Shown: positions 14,745 to 30,068 of the stretch, piece after piece | Layout: every line of letters starts with the position of its first letter | Position numbering within the stretch: the first letter of the stretch is position 1 | Position numbers and translations under genes: made by a program | The notes under the pieces: model-generated | What the model was told of the DNA's origin: nothing | What the model saw: only the letters and a program-made list of their open reading frames with translations | The model's database searches: none | From: the human T2T-CHM13v2.0 reference genome, Homo sapiens | NCBI RefSeq assembly: GCF_009914755.1 | Contig: NC_060932.1 | Length of the DNA stretch: 64,000 nucleotides | Direction: 5' to 3' (one strand)

Positions 14745-15905
14745 AATTTTTTTTAAATTTTTGTGGGCATATAGTAGGTGTATATATTTGTGGGTTACAG
14801 GAGATATTTAGATACAGACATGCAATGGGTAATCAGGGTAAATGGGGTATCCATTCCCTCAAGTATTTATCCTTTGTGTTGCAAACAATCCAATTATATT
14901 CTTTTAGTTATTTTTAAATACACAATTAAATTATTTTTGACTATAGTCACCCAGTTGTGCCAGCAAATACTAGATCTTACTCACTCTGTCCAATTATTAT
15001 TTTTTTTGGTACCCATTAACCATCCCCCCTTCCCCCACAGCCTCTGGTAACCATCCTTCTATTCTCTATCTCCACGAATTCAATTCTTTTCATTTTTAGC
15101 TCCCACAAATAAGAGAGAACACGCAAAGTTTGTCTTTCTGTGCCTGGTTTATTTCACTTAACATAATGACCTCCAGTTCTATCCATGTTGTTGCAACTGA
15201 CAGGGTCTCATTTTTTTTTTTTTTTAATGGCTGAATAGCACTTCATTGTTTATATATACCACATTTTCTTTATTCATTCATCTGTTGATGGACACTTAGA
15301 TTGCTTTCAAATCTTGGCAATAAACATGGGAGTGCAGCTATCTCTTCAATATACTGATTCCTTTCTTTTGGGTATATACCCAGCAGTGGGATTGCTGGAT
15401 CATGTGGTGGCTCTATTTTCAGTTTTTTGAGGAACCTCCAAACTGTTCTCCATAGTGGTTGTACCAATTTACTTTCCCACCAACAGTGTATGAGGGTCCC
15501 CTTTTCTCCACATCCTCTCGCCAGCATTTGTTACTGCCTGTCTTTTGGATAAAAGCCATTTTAACTGGAGTGAGATGACATTTCATTGTAGTTTTTGATT
15601 TGCATTTCTCTGATAATCAATGATGTTGAACACCTTTTTACATACCCATTTACCATTTGTAGGTCTTCTTTTGAGAAATGTCTTTTCAGATGTTTTGCCA
15701 ATTTTTATGTCAGATTATTAGATTTTTTCCTTATATATTCTGATTAGTAATTCCTCGTCAGATGAGTAGTTTGCAAATATTTTCTCCCATTTTGTGGTCT
15801 GTCTCTTTACTTTGTTGATTGCTTCCTTTGCTGGGCAGAAGCTTTTTAACTTGATGTGATCCCATTTGTCCATTTTTGCTTTGGTTGCCTGTTCTTGTGG
15901 GGTAT
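14745..15905 (-). mobile_element. Old L1 (L1MA class) 3' fragment
   Basis: Minus ORF 15270-15527 ...[42 protein letters not shown] is the ORF2 C-terminus; 3' UTR runs toward 14745. Confidence 0.88.
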
Positions 15906-16237
15906 CAATTTTATTTGTTCACGCATAAACAAACAAAATGTTGGGCCTAAAGTTAGAAATGAATATATAATATATTTTAGTTAAAGCTCAGGCTGTAAGA
16001 CTTTTTGATTGTACTTTACCATACATGGCAAGTTTAGTTTTATAGTATCCTGGTGGAAATCTCGGATAATTTTACTTTGAACTCTATGCTTTAAAGAAGT
16101 TTACAAGTGTTCTTATAGGTTTAACTGCATTAGAGTGTGCTGCCTACTAACACTGAATTCTGTCAAGCACAGGAAAGTGGAAAGACAATCTGCCCAATTT
16201 CCTTGACAAAGCTCGAAAGTTCCAGAAACGCTTTATT

Positions 16238-16239
16238 TC

Positions 16240-16270
<31 letters not shown>

Positions 16271-16560
16271 ATACGGAGTCTCGCTTTGTCACCCAGGCTG
16301 GAGTGCAGTGGCACTATCTCAGCTCACAGCCACCTCCGCCTCCTAGGTTCTAGTGATTCTCATGCCTCAGCCTCCCGAGTAGCTGAGATGCTGGGATTAC
16401 AGGTGTGTGCCACTACGCCTGGCTAATTTTTGTATTTTTAGTAGAGACAGGGTTTCCCCATGTTGGCCAGGCTGGTCTCGAACTCCTGACCTCAAGCAAT
16501 TCTCCTGCCTCAGACTCCCAAAATGCTGGGATTACAGGCGTGAGCCACCGCGCCCAGCCC
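16238..16560 (-). mobile_element. AluS
   Basis: Dimeric Alu with T-run and (CT)n at its tail. Confidence 0.9.
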
Positions 16561-16827
16561 CTTTTCTCATTTTTGTAACTGGCTCTCCACACATCCCTCC
16601 ACCCCCTTCCTCTGATTTACTTGAGGAAAGACAGCTTGGCCTCACTTCTGCTCCCCTCCCCTCCGTCCCACTTCCTGTATGAGGCTGCTGTGGAGCAGTG
16701 CAGTGGCAGGGAAGGCCAACCTAAGGAATCTCTTTACACTCCTCTCCCTAAATCCCCACAGCACCACAAATACAAAGCCAAGTGCTTAAGAAGGGTGTCA
16801 ATATGATATATTGTCCAAGGGGGACAC

Positions 16828-16933
16828 TTTTGTTTTCTTTTTTTTTTTTTGAACAGAGTTCCACTATATTGCTCAGGTTGGTCTTGAACTCCTGGGCTCA
16901 GGTAATCTTCCTGAGTAGCTAGGACTACAGGCT
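16828..16933 (-). mobile_element. Alu/FLAM fragment
   Basis: T-run followed by ttgctcaggttggtcttgaactcctgggctca...gagtagctaggactacagg. Confidence 0.7.
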
Positions 16934-17080
16934 GAACTGATTGAATTACACCAGGACACCAGGCACAAGGGGCAGTCCCAGCAAGCTGAGATGAACTGCA
17001 CCTTAGTAAAAGAGACATTCACTGAAGGACTGTGGATGACAGAAGAAACATAGAGCGGGCAACAACTTAAAATTGACCTC

Positions 17081-17389
<309 letters not shown>

Positions 17390-17514
17390 TGAAAGCCTCT
17401 TAGTGTCCCTGCCTTGGGAGGTCCTCAGGAGCCGTGTGGTTTCCCAGGCCTCTCCCTGCTACTCATGGCTCATATTTAGGGAGGTGGGGAGGGGGTGATG
17501 TGAAAAGTCCTTTG

Positions 17515-17695
17515 TCTGCACTGTCCAGGACAGAATAACCATGTGTGGTCATTTTCATTTAAATTAAACTAATTTAAAAATTCATTTTCTCCGTTACATC
17601 AGCCACAGTTGAAGCGCTCGGTGGCTGCCGTGTTAGACAGTACAGAATGCGGAACATTTCCATCATCACAGAAAGTTCCATGGGGCAGCACTGTC
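17515..17695. mobile_element. MER3/MER33-like hAT relic
   Basis: gcactgtcca...gaacatttccatcatcacagaaagttc...cagcactg. Confidence 0.65.
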
Positions 17696-17747
17696 TTCTC
17701 ACATCTCCCTGCTTCCTTCCTTAGTTCTGGGTTCCTTATCCTCCCTG

Positions 17748-17748
<1 letters not shown>

Positions 17749-17787
<39 letters not shown>
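17749..17787. repeat. (CA)n microsatellite
   Basis: About 19 uninterrupted CA units. Confidence 0.95.
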
Positions 17788-17790
<3 letters not shown>

Positions 17791-18703
17791 CTCACTGTCC
17801 AAATTCCATTTGTTTATTATGCAGAAAAATGGGCTATTCAGGCTGCATCCAAAGGGCTTCTTTTCTTTCCACTAAAGAAGAATTGTCAATGTTCTCTGAG
17901 GTGTTTTCCTAAAAACCAAAGACCTGTCTGTCTTGGGAAGAATTATCACTGTCTCCCAGAACGCAGAAATGTCTACAGTCCATTCTTGTTTCTCTTAAAT
18001 TATGACACTGGTTTTTGAATGTGGCACATGGAAGCAGTTTTATTACTTTATCATCATATGGTGGATAAAGAAGTACAAGAAGTTCTAAGTCAAATCCTTT
18101 GTTTATTTGGCTATAAAAAGCAAAGAGAAGAAAATGAAAAAAGAATTACAGCTCAGCCTTAGGCACAACATCAGCTTTTAAATAGAACATATTTGACTTG
18201 TACTGAGGAATAGTCTGTCTGCACTGTGTTGAATAATTTGCCAGATGGCCGTCCAAACAAATGAACTGAAGCAAAACAGGCCAGATTTATGGTTTCTTTG
18301 CAGTCAAAAATAACTTTTCTGTTATTAAAAGTAAATAATTTCATATTAAGGTGCTGTGGCTTACATAAGAACAATTTGTATTGTGAGGTACGCTAGAAAA
18401 TAGAGTTATGCTGCAGAAGTCAGTAAACATTTGCTCTCAAGAAGATATTATTCATTTTGTCTAAGCAATGCCAAGGGTGTATATTTATAATCAGTTTTTC
18501 CAATTGATCATCAGATTGTAAAAATTCTAGTACCTAAGCTTCTACCGAGACATTTATTGCTGGATTTTTCTCAGAAAATCGTCTTCCTTCCATTGCTACC
18601 ACCTCAAAACAAACAAACAAAAACTTAAAGGGGGAGATGCACTCTTTGTGTAACCCACTTTATAATTTTTTATTTTTTTGTGGGAAGATCAGACTCCATG
18701 TGA

Positions 18704-19340
<637 letters not shown>

Positions 19341-20447
19341 TCATTTAACAAACTTTCAGATACATTTTGATGTGTATGTCATTCTAGGCAAGTGGAAGGT
19401 GGGGGTGGGTACCGTTAGGGCTGAATTGGGCAGGGACCCACGCAAGCCAGCCTTCGCAGGATTTAGGGCGCATAAAGAGTGCATTGAAAGAATGCACTAG
19501 TAACTGAGGGAGACTCGTTAGGTGCCATTAAGAAAGTACAGGCAATAGAGGATGGTGGCTTCCACTCAGGTGGAAGCAGTGGAAAGAGAATTGAGTCAAT
19601 TTAAAAGATATATAGGAGATAAAATCCACTGGACTTGGTAATGGATTTGCTGCAAGAAGTGAAGGAGAGAGTGGTGTCAAAGATGACAGTGGGGTGAGAG
19701 GAGCCCATGATACTGCAAGGTAGTCTAGTTGGAGGAAAAGAATTCCAGAGAGGCAGAGAGAAGAGCCCAGGAACAAACCGCTTGTGTGGTCTCACCAAAG
19801 GGATATATGGCTGGGAAATGGGAGCAACGCCTAATATGTTGAGTGGGATTTCCAAATAGAGTGACCTGTGCCCTGCTTTTCAGAGCATGCTCCAGGGAGA
19901 GGCCATCATGGTGCCAGAGGGGCTGGGCAAGGGAGGTAATGTGGCATGGCAAGGTCTAGATGGGTCAAGAGAGCTCTTGAGTTTCCTAGGGCTCCAGAGA
20001 GAGGCAAGAGGGTTGAGGCAGGGCCAGGAGACTGGAAGGGTCCTTAGAGGGAGTAACGTGGGATGTGTCAGTAGATGTGGCATGGGCTGTGCCCCTAGAG
20101 ACTGCAGCATGACCATGGCACTAAGAGTGGGTGATGGATGGTAGGGACAGAAGTCCAAGGACCTCATGGAATGGGTTTCTCTCCAGTGGACAACAGTATA
20201 TATGACCTTTGGGGATCAGATACCATCAGTCTCACTACTTCCTGCCTAATGATGCATAAATGGCCGTAGGAAAAAGGGAAGGGGAAATTGGGTTGACTGA
20301 GTTAAATCAGGAACAAAAGAGCCTTGAGGAGATCCTAACTTGGTAACAGTTCAGTAACTAATGGTCATGTAAAGCTGGAGAATGGCTGGGTTAATCATAA
20401 ATGAAGCTGACACTAGCCAGCATTTGGAAAAAAGAATACATTCTGAA

Positions 20448-20745
20448 GGCCAGGCAAGGTGGCTCACGCCTGTAATCCCAGCACTTTGGGAGGCTGAGGT
20501 GTGTGGGTCTCCTGAGGTCAGGAGTTCGAGACCAGCCTGGCCAACTCTGTCTCTACTAAAAATACAAAAATTAGCTGGGTGTGGTGGCACACGCCTGTAG
20601 TAGCTGGTAGTCCCAGCTACTCAGGAGGCTGAGGCAGTACAATTGCTTGAACCTGCAAGGTGGAGGTTGCAGTGAGCCGAGATGGCATTATTGCACTCCA
20701 GCCTGGGCTACAGAGTGAGACCCTGTCTTAAAACAAACAAAAAAA
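20448..20745 (+). mobile_element. AluS
   Basis: Dimeric Alu; AGAATACATT on both sides. Confidence 0.9.
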
Positions 20746-20919
20746 GAGAATACATTTTGAGCTTTATCTTGTACCAAAATATTCTAGATAGTAAGAAAAA
20801 ATTAGTATAAATAAAAGGCAAAGAAAATACAAGGGAAATATTTGACACCTGAAATGTGAGAGGCCTGTCTAAGCTGTGAGTGGGCTGTGAAATTTTAAAG
20901 GAAACAACTGATAGATTTA

Positions 20920-21550
<631 letters not shown>

Positions 21551-22424
21551 TAAAACAAGGATGACATGCCTTTTAATATCAACTTAGGACAGATTTTTAA
21601 AAAATGATAATACTCCTTGCAGGTGAGCCTACAGAAAGACACTCATTCCCTTTGCTGCTGGGAGAGTAAATTGAGCCAAATCATTTTGATAGTAATTTGG
21701 CAACTGTAGTAAAAGTTTAAAAGAGTATAAAATTGGAAACAACATACATTTTCCAAATAGGAGAATATTTAAGGAAATCAGTGTATATCTACATGCTGTA
21801 CTATTACACGGCCATTGAAATGAAGGCATTTGAAAATATTTAATGATATGGGAAGCTGCATATGCTATAATGTTAAGTGACTAAAGGCAACATGCTGAAT
21901 TATATATACAGTGTGATCACAACTATGCAAATAAATATGCATGGAAATAGCTTGAGAAAAATGTATCAATCTACTAGTGCTTATTTTCGAGAGTGGTAAT
22001 TATCTGATTTTCTTTCTACTTTTCTGTACTTCTATAGTGCAGAGTTCTAACTTGGAAACATTAGAAAATAATCTTTGTTGGAAATAAATATGTACTTTTA
22101 GCTTACCACAGCTAACTGATGGCTTCTTCTGTAATGGTTCAAGATGCTTTTTTGGACTAATGTATTTGTCTCAAGCTACTTAAAGTATGAGACTGTTGAT
22201 TACTCAGAGAAATACTTTGAGGGAGAATTAAAAAAAAGGAAATACTTTCATGGCCCTCAATATGTGCCAGGCAACATACTAAACACTTTACACATATTAA
22301 GTCATTTATAACTCACAATACTCATATGAGACAGGTCACATTATTATCCATATTTTATGCTGCAGGAAACAGGCACAGAGAGGCTGCATAATTTCTCCAT
22401 GGTCATACAGTTAGTAAATGGTGA

Positions 22425-22814
<390 letters not shown>

Positions 22815-23127
22815 TAACTTTAAAAATAATTTTTTCATAGGTGGTTTTCAATGGCCTAGATAATAACCTTATCTTTCAGAAAACAAGTAAACAATGGAAC
22901 CTTATGAAAACAAACTGGCATCAAACAATACTAAAATGTCAAATGATACTCACAGGTCATGAATCTCATTTATGAACCAAGAGAGTTAAATTAGATGATC
23001 TTTCAGATCCCTCCTGGGTGTAATAACCCATTATTATATTTATTAGCAAGAAAAATGGCCTTTTTATCCTGTACTAGAAATGGTAAAATTATTTCTTCCA
23101 CCAATCATTTCCTTCCCAACCTCACAA

Positions 23128-23392
23128 TTTTTTTTTCTTTTTTTTGTTTTTTGAGGCAAGGCCTTGCTCTGTTGTCCAGGCTGAAGTGCAGTGGCACAAA
23201 CAGCTCACTGCAGCCTCAACCTTCCTGGCTCAGGTGATCCTCCCATCTCAGCCTCCTGAGTAGCTGGGACTACAGACACTTGCTATCATGCCTGGCTAAT
23301 TTTTGTATATTTTGTAGAGATGGGGTCTCACCACGTTGCCCAGGCTTGTCTCAAACTCTTGGGCTCAAGTGATCTGCCCACCTCCACCCACA
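23128..23392 (-). mobile_element. AluJ (5'-truncated)
   Basis: T-rich tail followed by Alu right arm and part of left arm. Confidence 0.82.
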
Positions 23393-26050
23393 CTTTATTA
23401 TTAGGTCAGTGCAAATGTAATTATTAGAGAAACTTCCATGTGGCCCCGAACAGTACACTCTCACCCCAGCCCAGTTTGTTGGAGCAGGGGAAGATGCCTC
23501 TCCCTTGTTAGGCCAATCAAATTCTCTCGAGTTTGGAATTGGTGCTCCAAAATTCTAGCCCCCTCTTGATTGCATGCGTTGGAAGGTCATGTAGGCCTCT
23601 GCTGGCCATTTTCCACCATGTGCCGGAAGAGCAAAAAAGGCAGCTATGTAGGGTGAGGAGGGAAGAGACCCTAGAGAAGAGAGGAGTCTTGATCTCGCTG
23701 CCCCCTGGAGAGTGGATGACAGGATGGGACTGGAGGGGCAGTGTGGCTGCCTTTTTCCCAAAGCCTTTCTCACTCCTGGTTCCAGGCCTGTGTGTGACCT
23801 GGCAACATCATTTAACAGGGGGTCCCACAGAGACACCATGTGTCCTTTCAGTAAATCCCCACTCGTGTTTGCTTAGTCTCATTTGACTGGGATTATTACT
23901 TGCAGCCAAACACGTAAAACATATGGGTGCAGCTGGTTTCTAGCACCTCTGGCTGTAGCCACAAGGTGAACAGTGAGCAACTTTCCCTTAGCTGAGCCAT
24001 TCTGCAACATCTGACATGAATTGTTTTTCTGGGATGATCTGGGCATTACAGTGAAATCAGCTAAAGTAAGGAATGCACCAAAAACTAGGAATTGCTGTGC
24101 AGATGATATTAAAAGAGATCATGAGCGACCTGCTAGCCAGCTGGCTGACTGAAGGCTTTGGCCTGGGGTCTGAGGCTGGTTTGCAGGTTTAATTTGGAGG
24201 TGAGGACACTTGGTTGTTTTCAGGTTACCCAGGCTTACTGTGCTTTGGAGAATTGATTCACAATCAGCAAACTTGTGAGAGACTCATGGATCAACCCACA
24301 GGCCAGCGTCCTAGTGCCCAGTGAGATGCCCGTGTTGTTCAGAGCATTAGGTCTCAACCGTGTGCAGGGGGTGCCCCTTGTAACACAGGGCACTTCCCTG
24401 TGCTGGGCACTTTGCCAGTCCCTGTGCATCGCTCTCCAGCCTTGTGCTGTGCTTCGTCCCTCTCGCTCTTGATACCATAGATGCCTTGGCTGGAGCTGAC
24501 TGTTGCTTGTCAGGCATACTTGCATATAATTAAATAAAAAGATATAAATGGAATCAAGTCCCAGAAGAAACAGTTAAACAAGTCAACGTGGCTGCTTCTG
24601 GGAGCATAATGAAGGGGTAAAAAGGGACAGCAGCAGGGACCTGCTTTCACTGTAAGCTTTTTACTACCCTGATTTTTTTGTAGCTATGTGCATATATTAC
24701 ACAGATACAAACAAATAAACGATGACTATAATACCCAGATCCTCCTCCTAAAATAGTGTCTATTATGCCTTAATGCCAGCCTGGATTCTCTCTCCTGTGT
24801 TACTGACACAGATCCTAATAGTCTCATTCCATTTACTCTGCTTGCTTGTAAGAGCACAGACCTATGTTGTAATTTATTTCCTTTAGAAGCATTCATTTTT
24901 GTTCACTTATTTATTGAATTGCTATGTGCAAGGCATTTCTACTTAAAACAGTAACCATGTGATTGTACACTTTGTCCTGTATTGGCTAATTATTATGTAA
25001 TCAATATAGTCATTTGGAGTTGGCAATTTTGAGAATGTACATATTCTAAAGAAACTTTAAAAATGTGGCTTTCCAAATAAATTTCTATGCCAGTCTTTAA
25101 AATGTTTATTTCCTCTGCTTTGTTCCAGTAATGGTAGGTTGAAGGCAGAAAGCACATATGAAGCCTGAAGAAATGCTCTGCCTGAACAATTTGTTCATTC
25201 ATTAAAAAGTTTATTGATCATCTATTATATGCCTGGTGGAGTACGACACAAGGTGGGTACAACACACAGGACATGGTCTTCACCCTTAGGAAATGTAAGT
25301 TCTTGCAGGGTATTTTTTGAGAGGAAAGTAGCTTGCATTTTTACACTAAAAAAATTCATTACCTCATCAGCTGTTTGCTGCAGCATCCCTTTGTATAGTA
25401 AGTATTTAGTAAAAACTTATTTTGCAAATTTATGCTTTCCACACAACTGTGCAGGACAGCATCTACGACCCAGATTCTCAATATCTTTTTCGGCTGCCCT
25501 GCCCCTGAGGGTTCTGCCGTGTCCCAGTCACTGAGACCTGGAGGGCCTCTGGGAGCCTGGGAGCAGAGGGCTTGGGAGAGGCGCACTTACAGTCTGAGCA
25601 CAGTATGTGGAGGTTGCTATGCCCATCCCTCCTCCACGGCAAACATGTGGGCACTGAAAGTCAACTTTGCAGAAACCCACCTTCGGGAGCCCGAGGCCTG
25701 AGGATGACAATTCCAGGCTGGCTTAGCTTCAAAATAGGTATTATTTTCCCTCTGTTTGCCACATTGCCTACTTGCTTGGGACAACAGTCAGCAGCACAGG
25801 GTCAGCAGCTAACATATTTGGACAATCATTGCTAAGGGAATGGGTTGAAATTGTCATTAGCAGGGCTGAACCTGAGGACACATGCCTTCCACATGTTTCT
25901 AAAAATGGCCTTGATGATGAAGACATCTCCTTGGTTTTGAACTATTTTTACAACTCTAGGTAAAACCCCAAGCCCCAGCGAGACTTTCTTGGTATAGTTA
26001 TCCTTAATTAAATAAATTGGTCTCCGAATAGAAGCAGATACACAAAAACT

Positions 26051-26056
26051 TTTATT
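26051..26056 (-). terminator. Distal polyadenylation signal AATAAA of ZNF704
   Basis: Plus strand TTTATT near the distal end of the repeat-poor block; the position fits the recalled UTR length. Confidence 0.7.
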
Positions 26057-29000
26057 AAGTGGAAGTTAGACTTACTTCATGGTAATTAACCAGTTACAAG
26101 TGCATTTAAATTCATGTGTGTGGACACTGTAGAAGTCAAAATGGTCTTTTGAAAGTCCAGTGTTCTGGCTCTGTTTGTGCCAGTGCAACCCCAGGTAGAA
26201 CCATCCACAAAGTAAGTACAGGTCAACAATGATATCAGACTAGATTGGCAACACCATATTCATTGTTACAAGCATTACAGAACAGAAAAGTCCAAGGACC
26301 AGAAGACGATTACTAAAGTGATTCTGACTATAAGCCTTTTCTTCTACTTAAATGCTTCCAGAGGACCAGTGTAGCAAATCCTTAACTCTGGGGGGACAGA
26401 GCCACTTCTGCATTTTACACTTAAACGGGCCACAGAAACTGTAAACATTTGGTGGTCTCTTGATGCCCATTTCAAGTAGATGCCAGCTGTCCCCTTGGGA
26501 AAGTGCAGTTTAACTGGTATGAACATTTAACATTGTACATCTTCGATCTGAAAATTTCCTTCTGTTTCAATTAGCACCAGTGTATTTAAAAATATTTTTC
26601 CTGGTGTTAAATATTTAGGAAACATTTTTTTTTTTTAAAAACGAACACACAAAGTCCAAAACAATGGAAAGCAAAAGAAATTCAAAAAATTGTTTTAGAG
26701 AACAGCATTTAGAAAAACAACATCATTTAAACATTCAACAAATCTATGTACAATGTGCCAGAAGCTGGCAAGGAGCATGGCTGTGGAGCAGTCAGGTGAA
26801 AGGTTTATCAACCTGAACCTCCACAGGCTGTATTTACAGTCAGACAGGTATTCAGAAATGTGTATCAGAACATCTGGATTTGGCTAAAAATCATATAAAA
26901 AGACACAATGCCCCTTCCCCAATAACTTCTAATTAGGTAGCAAACAATCCAGTATAACCTTAAGTACCAGGTTTAGAAATGCGTGTTTTTTTCCCCCCGT
27001 ATTTTACAAACAGTTGAGAAACTTTCTCAATGGACACTGAAGAGAACCAGAATGACAGAAATGGAGTTCTTTATTTCCACATTGTCAGATGAAGGAAAAG
27101 ATATTTTTTCAGGCTGAGTAATGTAGTAAAGCACTGATTAAAGAGCGAAGACAAATTATTAGGGGAAAAAGTTTCATGAAAATATGAAATCAACAAGAGG
27201 GCTGAAGAAATTTGTGGATATTCTATATAGACTTTCCAAAATATAAGTAATTTTGAAAAAAGATCAATGATTTGCTTTGCTGGACAATATTTTCATATTT
27301 TGTTCTTTGAAACTATAACTGATACCCCTTGAAGAATATTTTTTTCTGGGATTGAGAATTAAACCCAGCAGATAAAACCTATGCTAACTTTATCCAATGA
27401 AATATTCGTTCACTTCATGCAGTTTTGTTTGCTTGTTAATCCAGTGTTACTAGAACATCCACCTTTAAAGAACTGGGCACATTTTCTAACAGCCAACATT
27501 TCCCATTTATGCTTACGAAGTAACAAATAAACCATTTCCCATTTATTCATCTTAATGATGGAATTTTTTAGAGCCTGATGTTTCAGAATAAAGTTTCAAT
27601 CTTTAAAAACATCAAGTAGGAGAATATAGATGGGCTTCCCATATCCCCATAAGGATATGTATCCAAGTTTATTTTGAATAATTTGCAGTTGTGGTAGGTA
27701 GCTATGAAAAAAATTTACTTGGATTCGATACAAAATACATGCTACTCTTTGAAAATGCATAGTTTATAATTTTATACATTCATTCACTAACATTAAAGAC
27801 TTCTGTTAAGCAAGTACTTACCTCTGAATGGTGGTAAAATTATATTTCAAAAGATCTCTAAACATTGGACAGCATTGCCACCTAGCTTTTGAGTTAGCAC
27901 TCAATGACATGTGAATGCCTGTCATTTCCACACGAGTGTCACACAGGAAGGACTGCTGTTTTCTCTTCATTCTTTCTCCTTTACTTGTTTAGCAGGCACT
28001 AAAAAGCAATGTTTTCTACTGATTGCATTTCCACTAAATACCCCATTTTAAATATTTAATAATTTCATTTTAATATTTTAGATTTGGTGTAGAAAACAAT
28101 TCAGAAGATGGCTTAATTTTTTAAAGTTTCCTTAAACATTGTCATGGACTAAGGGCAACAGAGGTTTTGTGATTACTGTTGTTCTCTCTCTCCAGTCTTC
28201 TCATTTGAAAAAATGACCGTAGGCCACTCGCAGTTGCATCTGATGATAGTCATGAACCCTTTGGGACCTAGCGATTTTTTCTTATCCTGAGTTCTTCTTC
28301 TAAGTATATAGGATTTTGATACGCAAAACACTTTGGAAACTATTCTAGTGTCTGGTTATTCCAGAAAGCCTATGTTTAAATGGCTGATCACTGTCCAACC
28401 ATTAATTACAAAAATAGGAATTTTAGGGTGTGTTGTAGGAAAATATTGATTCAGGGATTTTTTTTAAAAAAAACATGTATGATCCACATTCCTGGGTTAG
28501 TTTACACCCAGGACATTTTCAGTTATCGAAGTCATGGGACTAGTATGTTTTGGAGATTTTTTAGTTCTTCCCTAAAAAGCTAAGTCTTTTCTAAAGCTTT
28601 CTACCAATGACCAAGGAGGTTCCCCGAACAGTCAGGAGACTGTGAAAGGAGGGGCTTTGCTATCATCACAGGTGTTGGTCACATCACAGCCATCGATTTC
28701 CAATAAGCAGAGTATGGAAAAAAGGTTTAAAAAGTAAAACAAGGGTTTGTAATCTGCAAAGTTATGTATTGCTCCTCAACCTTTTTTGGGAAAGTATGGG
28801 TAGTTTATCATGAAACTCCGCTGTATATCCCTGAGGGGTATATTCACACTCTGGCAGCCGCTCTTCCTCTTTCCTCTCGGTCCCAGCCATCTGTGCCCAA
28901 AACATAGGAAGGGGGCTCCAGTGGAGTGAGGGACAAGTGCTTAACAACATGAGTGGACTGAAGTCCTTTTCTCTTTCCATAAATACGAAATTATAACAAT

Positions 29001-29777
29001 TATATGCTGCAGGAGCCACTTCCTTTTCACTTACTAAAGGCCAATTCTGCTTTCATGCTCTGTAATTGTGGGCAGAAGTCAGAGCCTGGAGTAATTAAAC
29101 ATGGAGCCCTCTTGCTCTGTCCTCATTGTCCCCTCCTAAGGTGGAACCCAGCTCACATTCCTGGTTCTGATCACTCTATTAGCCTCGCACGTGGAGAGGA
29201 CCGGTAGGGTTGGTGACTTGCACGGCGGGCTTTGAGGCACAGTGAAAGGATTAGCTATCTGCCTTGTCATTCTTTACAGTGAGTCTGAACAAATCTTTTG
29301 TGATGAGCGTGGCTGGCTGTGTGACTAAGCCGCTCTCCTCATGATCACCTAAAACCGTTCAGACAGATGGAATATTTCCCCCGAAGGGAGGGAATAGCCA
29401 CACTGACTGAGCCTTACATCCCAGTTATAGTAATATTTATCCCCTTGCACCTTAATTTAAGAGAGAGAAAGCAGTAGCACAGAAACAAGAATGTCCCATC
29501 AGGGGCTTTGGAACTGAAAAAACATTAACAACAGCCTGGCCTCTAGCTCAGGCAGATGAGGGCAAAGGGGAGGGTAATCTTTCAATGGCAAATTCACTGG
29601 GGCTTGCCAAGATGGGGGAAAGCAAGACTGGTAGCTAGAATGGGGACTGTTCTCTTTTAAAGCTGTTTCTTGAGTGCTGGTTTTCCTCTTAAGTCAAGGA
29701 TGTAGAGAGAATTCAGAAGAAATAGATGAGCACCTTTGTTTTTTTCTGTTTAAAGGAAATTTCCTTCCTTAATGGTA

Positions 29778-30068
29778 GTCTCACCCCAGGTGCAGCAGTG
29801 AAATCTTGGCTCACTGCAACCTCTGCCTGCAGTTTCAAGGGATTCTCCTGCCTCAGCCTCTCAAGTAGCTGGAATTACAGGTGTGCGCCACCACGCCCGA
29901 CTAATTTTTGTATTTTTAGTAAAGACAGGGTTTCCCTCTTTCTTCTTTTGTTTTCACTCTTTCTTCCTCTGTTGGCCAGGCTGGTCTTGAACTACTGACC
30001 TCAAGTGATCCATCTGCCTTGGACTCCCAAAGTGCTGGGATTATAGGCGTGAACCACTGCATCTGGCC
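29778..30068 (-). mobile_element. AluS inside the ZNF704 3' UTR (sense to the mRNA)
   Basis: Alu motifs with a pyrimidine-rich insertion at about 29935-29970; the only Alu seen in the UTR. Confidence 0.85.

Noticed and set aside
26624-26636. A-run on the mRNA strand as a possible transcript end
   Set aside because: Genomic homopolymer that would cause internal oligo-dT priming; no canonical signal at the expected distance.
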